Origin: Hormiphora californensis
Lineage: Eukaryota; Animalia; Ctenophora
DNA length: 64,000 bases
Assembly (NCBI GenBank): GCA_020137815.1
Contig: CM035353.1
Span: 62,001-126,000, forward strand
Direction of reading: 5' to 3'
Both the position numbers and the translations under genes were made by a program. Positions 53,656-64,000 of this stretch are shown here, piece by piece (within the stretch, counting starts at the first letter, position 1; each line of letters starts with the position of its first letter). The notes beneath the pieces are model-generated. The model had not been told where the DNA came from. It did no database searches and was given only the letters and a program-made list of their open reading frames with translations.

Positions 53656-56008
53656 GTATAGAACCAGTCCATCATGGTCAATGCCAGTTTCTTGCTTTGA
53701 CTACTGCAGGAAAGAACTAAAATGGCAAAGACTTCATATCTAGAAGTTGTATTCTTTGTTGAATAATCAACAACAATATATTGTTGTACAGTGACCTGTG
53801 ACCTGCAAGATGTACCGGGATGCTCGGGGGCCGGGGAAAGGATTTTTCTTTGACCGGTGAATCGGGGTACCCGGTATATCGGGGTGAAGTTTATCCTCCC
53901 GGTAAATCAGGGTTCCAGTTTTTCGAGGCCCGGTAAATCGGGGTCAGAATGTATTGGAAATTCCAATAAATTCGGGCCCCGATTTCTAATGGAATTCACA
54001 ATATAAATCGTATATTTACTCCCTGTAATTTGTTGGAATTCATACTATAATTCTTATACTATTTACCCCGCCATCCCCCAAATAATCAGCTCGATCTCTA
54101 CCCTCTGCACGTCTGACTGATCGGTGTTATAGGCGCCTACAATATATGTTCATTGACCTTGTTATGACTGTAACGCGCTATGATGTCATCATCAAGCGTG
54201 AGCATGCATGTTGAATGGCCGCTCAACAAGCAGCTTTTGTTAAATAAACGAGATCTTATAGAGCGATCAGACCCCCAGAGCTGGAAGATAAAGAGTTGGG
54301 AGACTAAACTATTTCAATCCCTGACTTGACATTTATCATGGCCCGTCTATGGGACTTTTATTGCCTTGTTCGTTAAAATAAAAAGAGTTCGAACAAAACA
54401 AGACTTTTACAACAGGTTATAACGAGCTGATAAATGTCAAGTCTATTAGACGTATAGTGTGTTGTTCACAGTTAACTTTATATTAGAATTGAATTTGAAG
54501 CCCAATTTTGGATCACTTTTGAGGTTCTAAAAGTAAATCGTTTCTTCTCGAGGCTTTTCCGGTTTTCCGGTTTCCGGTATATGTCCTTCTTCAATCTTCA
54601 TTTAATTATAAAATTCATTATGCGTGCCCCGGTGCTAAACCCCTAGCTGTTATGCAGCCTGCACATAACGCTCATCATTTTAGTTTTGTTTTAGTTTTGC
54701 ATATATTATTAATAATTCTTGCACAAATAATACTAGTTCGAGAGGAGGGTGTAAAGTGAGCTTTAATAACGTCATAGCATTTTCGCCTCTCTTCATTTAT
54801 TCATTCCTCTCTCTCCCACTCCCTCTCCCACTCTCTCTCTCCCTCTCCCTCTCCCTCCCTATCTCCCTCTCCTACATGCCAAGTTGCAGAAGCTCTACAT
54901 CCCGTCATCCCATTGGCCAGTAGGGTGGTCACATGACCTGAGTATCACATTACACTCACTCTGCATAAATGCTGGAGAGAGAGAAAGAGAACCCTATTCG
55001 TTAAAAGATGACGTTATTGTTGTGCGAGCTCCCTGTAATCTGTTGCAGTGGCCCAACTTTTCATTTTTTTTCACTACGGTTATTTAATATTTTTAATTTT
55101 TCCATTTTTTTTCCTCCACTCTCCAGTTGTTACTCTATAGAGTTTCAGGGATATGAGGGATTCCTAACCATAGTAATTTAGCTAGGAATCCATGATCATG
55201 CATTAGAATGCAGTTGTGTTGGGTAACGTTTGTTATGTTCTTACCCTCCCTTTACTGTGATTCGGGGGCAGGGCGCCCGAAACACAGTCTAGTCAGGCAA
55301 GGGTACCGTAGTATTATAATAGTGCACTGTGTCATCAAACTTAACGCTTCTCATATAAATACTTAACCTTCAGGCTCAGTGGTTGATTGGTGAGCTCTGG
55401 TCGATCTACTGTTGCTAGCTGATGCTAGCTGATGCAACACAGCTAGCTGCTATCCAAATACGTAATTTACTCTTAACTTTCCGGGTCATTACAAATAGCG
55501 ATATCATAACAATATCTCCAACAATATTATCCTGGTTTTCTCGGCTGATATGACGTACTGCTGCAGTAGGAGTCCCATAATAAAACTCTCTCTAATTATT
55601 ATTATTAAAGCTAAAACTCTCTCTAATTATTATTATTAAAGCTAGAGCCTAGAGTATATATCCGTCAATCTACATGGTATAGTTACAGTGGGTTTCACAG
55701 CCGGCCACACCTGGCTGGGCAAAATGCCAAAAACAACAACAGCTCTTTTGTAAGGCTTCCCCTTTAATATATTGGTTACTGGGCAATTTAAACGAGACAT
55801 GCAGTTTCTATCAAGCGTGAATCTCTCGAACTCTATCATTTACAACTGAATGAAAGTGTAATTATTTAAATTGTCAGGTTTACTTTTTTTGTTGCATCCT
55901 GCTTCCTCCTATGATGAATTGTGTCATACTAAAACTCCCCCTCCCCCTATTAGTCATATACTAAGAACTCTCTCCCTCTATTATAGTATTTAGCAAACTA
56001 AACATCAC

Positions 56009-58789
56009 ATGGCGTCAACCGCCTGTACCGAACAACTGTCTTTTAAAACCAATCGAGTCTTTGATTTCACTCAAACTCGGACTGCCATTGATACTGTCCT
56101 TATTGAAGGTAAGATATCCGGCTGGAATTCTGTTTTATTTTGTTAGCTTTCTGTACCAATATGACTTATAGTCCAACTTAGTTATTGAGAACTATAAGGA
56201 TGCATTTATCATGATGAATATTTAAAGAGTCTAAATGTCGCCCTTACTTTGTAATAGGACTAAAAGTTCGAAATTTTAAAATTCTTGTTCGTATTCACAT
56301 GCTAAATAGACGAGAAAAGAGCGGAGAGAGTTAGAGATACATGGACAAAAAGAGAACAACTTGAGTGGCTATAAAATATATCATATAGGTCATAGTCTGG
56401 GTGGTTATAAAATATGTCATATAGTCTGAGTCCTCGACACACGCACTTTTCAACACTGATCCCCCTCCTTTTTCAGACCAGGGCGCTAGTCGAACTACAG
56501 GCTTGTTTAATATCCGAATGCCGCGTGGAGACATGACTGATCTGTTGGACTCCATAGATCCCCGAACTCCTACCTCTGCCTCCTTCCTCTCGATAGAGGA
56601 CCCCATGCCCAGCTACGACCATGAGTTCAGCACTGTGACACAGGACAATGTGGACGCGATGACGAGGTTGAGGGCCCCAGTTAGCCCCAGACGTGGGGAG
56701 ATAGTGGAGCCTGCTGCTGATGAAGTGATGGAGGTTCACCACACACGTGAGTTTTTCACGTGCAGCTATTATTCTCGATATAATATGTGCCAAGCTTGAT
56801 GGCCGCGTAGCGTCCCAACCCCGTAGCGCGAACAGGGGGCGCGACGTGCCCAATACCAAGCTAAGAAATTGACAGAAACCTTACGTTACCCTTGCCATAT
56901 ATATGATCAGTAATGTATATGGCACTCGAGTTATTACTATTAATAATCTAATATCTCTTCTTGCTATATGCATATGTAATGGGAATATGGAATTCAGTCC
57001 ATATAAGTAAGACACACTCTAATCACGCCATAGCCCGCCCAGCGCCCTATTTAGAAATCAAATCAAACATATTATGTTTGTTAAAGTGGTATTAACTCTA
57101 CCGGATACGATTATACCCATATAATAATTTAATCCCCCTATAAAGATAATAATCCCCCTATAATATTTCCCAAAAGTACGCGTTTTTTCGCCCCCCATCC
57201 CTATGATAACATCACCCTAAATATTCTACCTCTTACCCACATAATCCCCCTCAGCCGCCCAACTGCCGCCCTTTTACCCACATAATCCCCCTCAGCCTCC
57301 CAACTGCCGCCATCCTATCTAAACATGAGGGACCAGCCGCTATCCCCTGCCTCGAGCGACGCGGGAAGTACGGACACTAGTCTTAGTGGGCTGAGTGATT
57401 TGGAGGTTGGACCACCCAGTCCGGCCGGTAAGATGTTGACAACCAGTCCAGCCAGCAGTAACACAACTAGAGTCGCCCGGAGAACAAGGTGTGTGTTTGT
57501 TATGAAGCTGTTCAATACGGTTCTATATTTTTTATCCAAAATATATTAGGTCTCTGTATATTCATGCAGTACGTGCGATAAGACTTGTAGGCGCTTTATT
57601 TTCCCAACCGTGTGTCACATGGCCCATATATGTGACAGTCACATGTGTAACTTCTAATGAGCAGTAATTCTAACCCCCTCCTTCCAGGCATCGCCGTGTC
57701 ACCGAGGGAGGGAGTTGCCCGCACCTCTGGCAATTCATCCTGGAGCTTCTTGGAGACAGGAGCAACGGTCAAGTCATCTGCTGGACTGGCATTGATTACC
57801 AATTCAAGGTATAATAGAGATTTCCACTTGATATATCATAGTGACAAATTAGCTACGTATATGTGAAAAGCAGTTTCTAACACGTTAAGATAGCTAAACA
57901 ATTGGCTATACAAGTTAGTTTTTATTAGAATTTCAACCTCACCCCAATTCCTAACCTCACCCCAATTCAACCTCCCCATACCTCACCTCACCCCAATTCC
58001 TCACCTCACCCCAATTCCTCACCTCACCCCAACTTTACAGGTAAACAACTCTAAGGAGTTTGCTCGACTTTGGGGAGCCAAGAAAAATAAACCCCGAATG
58101 AACTTCGACAAGCTGTCCCGGGCAATGCGGTATTACTACGACAAGAATATCCTCAAACACATCTCGGGACAGAGGCTCGTCTACGAGTTTCGAAGGTACT
58201 ACAGTCGGACCCCGATTTAGTGGCAGGATTTTTTTCCCCGATATAGGAAATTAACATTATTTGAAACCGATTTAGTGGCACCCCGATTTAGTGGCAGGAT
58301 TTTCTTCCCCCGAGGATGCCACTATAAATCGGGTTCCGACTGTATTATTGAAATTTTCCACATTTTGTAGAGCGCTATAATTTAATAATGATTGAGGTTG
58401 ATAGAACAAATAATTACATATATTACATCTCCTATTGTAAAACGTAATGTTTATCTACCTTTTCAGCAATACAGAGGACTCGGTCTACACACGGCTACTA
58501 AATGATGCCGCCCAATCCATTCCCAAACGCTCATCTATCCAGCAATCTCCGTTCACCCCCGCCAGTACCTTCTCAAGCCCGAGTCTCAGCAGCTACCTGA
58601 CTCCTGGATCCAGTGATGCAGGCTCCTTCGGCAGCATATCTGCAGGCTTGTTCACTACACCATGCTGAGTTCGCTGGCATGGTGCCCATCCAGCCTGCCC
58701 ATCCCACACAATACGACCCCAGTATGGACCAATACATGGGGAGTGATGGAGGAGCACAGTCCACTACATATCTTCTGAGGAACTGGTAG
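56009..58789 (+). CDS. ETS-domain transcription factor
   Basis: Exons 56009-56108, 56477-56746, 57296-57488, 57688-57808 ([18 protein letters not shown]), 58041-58195 ([39 protein letters not shown]), and 58467 onward. Literal stop at 58668; removing one G near 58606 would extend it to TAG at 58789. The start exon is tentative. Confidence 0.9.
58202..58342. mobile_element. CAGTCGGACCCCG-family MITE in an ETS intron
   Basis: TA|CAGTCGGACCCCGATTTAG ... ATCGGGTTCCGACTG|TA. Confidence 0.85.
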
Positions 58790-60068
58790 ATCGGCTGGGT
58801 GGTCGGGTCCTCCTTTCCTTTGATCTCCCTATTGGAGGTGGTGCCACAGGGAACCAATACCCAACTCACACCCCATACTAAATACTACCGAGAGAGAGAT
58901 TCTACCTAAACACACCTCTACAATAATACAGCACGTGTTCACGCGTGTCCTAGTATCCAAAATAAAAGAAAATCGACCCTCATGATGAAGATGTGCATGT
59001 GTGTGATTTAGTGTGTGATATGTGAAGAGGTCAGCGGGCTCTGAGCTAGTTTTGTTGTCGAAAACGAAACCAAACGACATTTACAAGTTCCTGTGGAACT
59101 TACCAAACCGATATATTCGCTACAGGGAATATTCAAAACAAATATTTGAACAATAAAAACCAGAAACTTTTCCACCGTATAATACTTTCACATTATATAC
59201 TTTAATTTAGTTAATATGTTTCAACCTTTTTTAAAAACCACTCCGGTTTTTATTAAGTAAACAGTAAAGCATTATTGCTTTGGATACTTTTTTATAAAAA
59301 AAACAGAATTAAATGTATTAGTTTTTATTGAAAATGTTTTTAAATAGAAGAAATAATAAAACTTTGGATTTTAATGTGAATAAGTTTTAATTTCTCCTTG
59401 CGGCTGGACAAATGATAGACGGGTATTTTATTGTTCTTCTACAATACCCGCCTATCAATAGTCCAGAAATCAAAACTTATATTCACTGATAATGTGGCTA
59501 ATAAACTATCAACATATATCCTTATTCCTTATTCTCTTTGGATCTGTTAAAAGCTATTATCTGCCAAGTCACCATTATATACATACATCTTTTTTTACGT
59601 TAATTATGTTTTTAGATTTTTCAAACAAATATTGTATTAGTTATATATGAGTTCTCACCATGATAATAATTGTGATCAGGAGTGTATTGATACTTTTTTA
59701 TAATTTGTTAAAAAACACCGAAAGAAACCGAAATTAGATTGATTAAATTTGAATGAAGTGATTGTATTGAATGTACCAGCAAGGATATCAGAAAAGTTTA
59801 TTTATGTATGTGGGGGAAACAGTCATGCCTGAATCTCAGCAGCTTCAGAGCACGGCTATTTTCCACTGATATAGAAGACAGTGATAGAATAATATCAATA
59901 TACAGCAGTACACAACAAGTTTGGTTAGAGTCACTACTTCCTTTTTCATGATTAATTTTAAACTTGAATTGAGTTTACTGTGATGAAAGAAATCGGCTCA
60001 GTATCTGTAAATCTAAGTCATGATTTGTGAATTGCTGTTTGAACAGGTGGAATACTATACTATTTTGA

Positions 60069-61595
60069 GGCAATTTTGCATTTGCGGGCATCGCACTATA
60101 GACGCAGTACCCACGTACTATAGACGCATTATAGACGCACTATAGACGCATTATAGACGCAGTATAGACACACGCAATATAGACGTAATTTCGTAAGCAG
60201 CAGTATAGACGCAGTATAGGCGCATTATAACAGCAATATAAACGCATTTTTATAGACGCGACGCAGTATAGCCGCATTATAGGCGCACTACCCACCCCAA
60301 AATCACTTTATAGACGCATTATAGACGCATTCTAGACTGACTATAGCAGCACCATAAACGCTACATAGACACATATAGACGCATGATAGAAGCATTATAG
60401 ACGCAAATCGCTTTTTATAGACGCCGCGTCTATAAAAAACGTGCTTTTTTAAGAATCACTATAGACGTACTCAGACGCACGCTGCGATATTTGAGGCGCA
60501 GTTGGGCGAACTATAAACGCATTTTTGTCGCATATAAAAGGAAGCAGTATAGACGCATTATAGACGCATTATAGCCGCATGTGTGCGAAATCGATAAAGA
60601 CGCAATGTAGACGCAAAATAAGAAGGAGAGGGAGAGAGACTTAGAGACTAAAGGGAGGGAGGGAGGGAGGGAGGGAGAGGGAAGGAGAGGGAAAGAGGGA
60701 GGGATACAGAGACAGATCAGACAGAGACAGATGGACACAGATCTGAGACAGACGGACAGAGTAAGATGGAGAGAGATTAAGATGGAGAGAAAGAGAGTGA
60801 GACAGAGAGGGAGATAGTAAGCGCGTGTTTGTCCGTCCGTCTGTCTCTGTCCGTTTGTTTCCATCTCTCACTCCGTCCCTATATATCACTCTCTTTCCAT
60901 CTTACTCTGTCCTTCTGTCTCAGGTCTTTATCCGTCTATCTCTGTTTCTGTCCCTGTATCCCTCCCTCAGTCCCTCCCTCTCTTTCCCTCTTTCCCTCTC
61001 CTTCCCTCTCCCTCACTCCTTCCCTCTCCCTCCCTCTCCTTTTTATTTTGCGTCTACATTGCGTCTTTATCGATTTCGCACACATGCGGCTATAATGCGT
61101 CTATAATGCGTCTATACTGCTTCCTTTTATATGCGACAAAAATGCGTTTATAAAACGCCCAACTGCGCCTCAAATATCGCACTGTAGCCTGGAGTACGTC
61201 TATAGTGCTTCTTAAAAAAGCACGTTTTTTATAGACGCGGCGTCTATAAAAAGCGATTTGCGTCTATAATGCTTCTATCATGCGTCTATATGGGTCTATG
61301 TAGCGTTTATGGTGCTGCTATAGTCAGTCTATAATGCGTCTATAGTGCGTCTATAAAGTGATTTTGGGGTGGGTAGTGCGCCTATAATGCGGCTATACTG
61401 CGTCGCGTCTATAAAAATGCGTTTATATTGCTGTTATAATGCGCCTATACTGCGTCTATACTGCTGCTTACGAAAGTACGTCTATATTGCGTGTGTCTAT
61501 ACTGCGTCTATAATGCGTCTATAGTGCGTCTATAATGCGTCTATAGTACGTGGGTACTGCGTCTATAGTGCGATGCCCGCAAATGCAAAATTGCC
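60069..61595. mobile_element. Foldback Mutator(MULE)-like non-autonomous element
   Basis: 9-bp TSD CTATTTTGA (60060-60068 and 61596-61604); GGCAATTTTGCATTTGCGGGC ... GCCCGCAAATGCAAAATTGCC; long arms built from TATAGACGCA modules. Confidence 0.88.
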
Positions 61596-63165
61596 CTATT
61601 TTGAATAGGTTGCAGTGCACCTTGATAGAAGAAACCCAGTTAACATCACTTCACATTTCGGTTTAGACTCGTCGAGTTTCAGACCCTCGAGTCTGACTTG
61701 AGTGTTCTAAAGTGAGGGCCAAATATGTCATATAACAATCCTATGAAAGTGCAGAGCGAGAGGAAAAAACACGTTAAAAAATAAATAAATTTGGGTTATA
61801 CTATAATAGTAACTGTGAAATGCTATTTTTTCTATTAAAACAAATTTAACCGAAAAAACGTATCCGATGTGTTTTAATTATCTACATGATTGTTGGCCCT
61901 AGTTTCATCAAATTCAAAAGGGCCAACATTCAACAACCATGCTGCTGAAATTGTGTTGTAATTACCCTCAGGGGAAAGGATATTACCAATTATAATTGGT
62001 ACCTATACACGGTCGCTTGTAGTGGGAAAACGGTAATAGAAAACGGAGATACAGTAAGACGACGCGCAACCGTGGCCAATCAAGGCGCTAGTACGTGCCT
62101 GTCTGGCGCCGCGACCCATCTGAGCGCACTGTCAAATGGGGTATGGCGCCGCCATACAGGTACGTGCTGAACACATGCACTTTTTGCCGTGCGTATGAAA
62201 CGTGCGCGTCTCATGACTGTATTTCCATTACGGTAATACGAATACAAGCAGCACTGCAGTTAGGTACTAGGTAGGTAATACCGAGCAGATCATTTAAATA
62301 AGTCATGGTTTTAGTAAATATATTTATTGGTGATGCTTCGCACCGCTGGTTATATGGCGAATATCCACAATCAATATCAATTTGTATCCATATAATATAT
62401 GATATATAGTGAATAGATATCCATGAAAAATGTTTATGAACCATCGACATGTAGATATTCAATTTCATGGGTATTCATGGATATTCAAGTTATAAAGTTC
62501 ATGTGTTGCCACGCTTGATATAAGTCTCATCTTCAGTAATCAGTAGTTAGTTATATTCATGGATATAATTCGTGGCACAGTCATGTGTGCAGACGTCGAA
62601 AAAAATGGATATTCATGAATAGAAATGGATCGTAATGTGAATAATGAATTCTACCATCCATGGATATCCATTTTTGAGTGCAACGGTGAACTTGACCCAG
62701 CGTCATATATACCGTTTATAATTTCAAACAACCATGATGAACGGCTGTTAGTGTTGATCATCTATTAATTACATGAAGTGACATGGTTCCATGGAACGTG
62801 AGCCCATCATTTTACGGTCGGCCATTGTCGGTACAATTATATAATTTAGTGGGCTCACTGCAGTACCACAACTAGTTACCAAAACAATATCATTTTATTA
62901 CCGGATATCATCATCTCATTCATTGTCACGATCCTGTGCCTTGTACGTTATATCTTCGTTGTTGAATCCTACAGTCATTGAAATCTACGTTGTTAACCCG
63001 GTGCAGAGATGGGAGAGGTAGATGGAAAGCAATGTGTTGAGTACCGAGTGGATGAAGAGGCAATGAAACTAAGACTACAGGTATCACATCTAATGTATTA
63101 CATCTAATGTATTTAATGTATTACATCTAATGTATTACATCTGCATCTCCAATTCCATTCTCTAG

Positions 63166-64000
63166 CCTGACCGAGTGACCGGTCGTGCAACCACTCTCTC
63201 CACGTCCATTCACCCAGCAGTACTTATAATGAATTGTTTAACACGCGTGCTGCAGGAATGAACCTGGAAACTGACATCAGTTTCCAATTTTGTAACTGGT
63301 CCCTTTCTAAAAGCCAACCAATTCCAGAAATTGAACGAGATGATACTTGATACTCTGAAGGCTGAACCTGAGATTATCGACCAGGACTCCGTTCCCTCTC
63401 TCCTCACCCCTATTGGTGTAATTGACTCCCTCTATTCCATGCTTGATATCCTACATCAACTCTTTACTGGTGCGGGTATTTCCTACTGGTTAAACTATGG
63501 GTCCCTGTTGGGGTACTCCAGACATGGGGGTATTATCCCCTGGGATGATGATATAGATGTGTGCGTAGCAGAGGAGGATAGGGATAAGATATGGGATCTC
63601 CGGGAGAAGTTTCAGGAGTATGGCATGGACATAGAGCGAAACATAAAGGAGGGTGAAGGGGGCACGGCTATAGCTTCGGACGAGAGTTTAAAGATAATAA
63701 AACCACACACAGGGGACGGTCGTGAGGATAGAGGATTGTTTATTGATGTCTATTTCTACTCCACAAAAAAGGATTCCATACACTTTGCAGTTACATTTGG
63801 TGGGGAACCTGACTGCTACAACCTCCAATACATCCATCCAATCCAAGAGGTACAATTTGGTCCTATAACAGCATGTGTCCCGGCTGATCCAGGGGCAATC
63901 AACAGGCTGGTATTTGGAGAGGACTGTATGAGAGTGGCTAGATCTGGATTCTTCGATCACGTGGCCGCCGGCGGGGCTCTGATAATGAGGCGGAAGGTGT
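63166..64000 (+). CDS. LicD / fukutin-related phosphotransferase domain protein (partial, runs off the window)
   Basis: Frame open 63262-64000 with [35 protein letters not shown] and [21 protein letters not shown]. Acceptor before 63166. An in-frame TGA at 63259 and frame disruptions upstream (62860-63080) indicate sequence errors or decay. Confidence 0.85.

Overview
Repeat-rich, intron-rich animal DNA, probably ctenophore (inferred from epsilon-type iGluR features). Genes assembled by hand from GT-AG exons: the 3' half of CaMKII (+, 12257-22107); two head-to-head ionotropic glutamate receptor paralogues (iGluR-A, -, 31801-24762; iGluR-B, +, 32235-~46445); a secreted acidic, Cys-rich orphan (-, 48028-46769); an ETS factor (+, 56009-~58789); and a LicD/fukutin-family gene running off the right edge. 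Mobile and repetitive DNA: a 49-bp satellite interrupted by a TIR-bounded unit carrying a 5'-truncated CRE-clade RT-RLE ORF, a CR1/L2-type LINE in an iGluR-B intron, several long palindromic non-autonomous DNA transposons, a TA-targeting MITE family and GA/CT microsatellites. Headline finding: five phase-compatible exons continue iGluR-A past M4 into an intron-containing RNase H plus adenine-methyltransferase-like module of DIRS retrotransposon origin. This predicts a ~1286-aa ion-channel subunit with a domesticated retroelement enzyme module as its cytoplasmic tail. The fusion is inferred from splice phases and needs transcript evidence.
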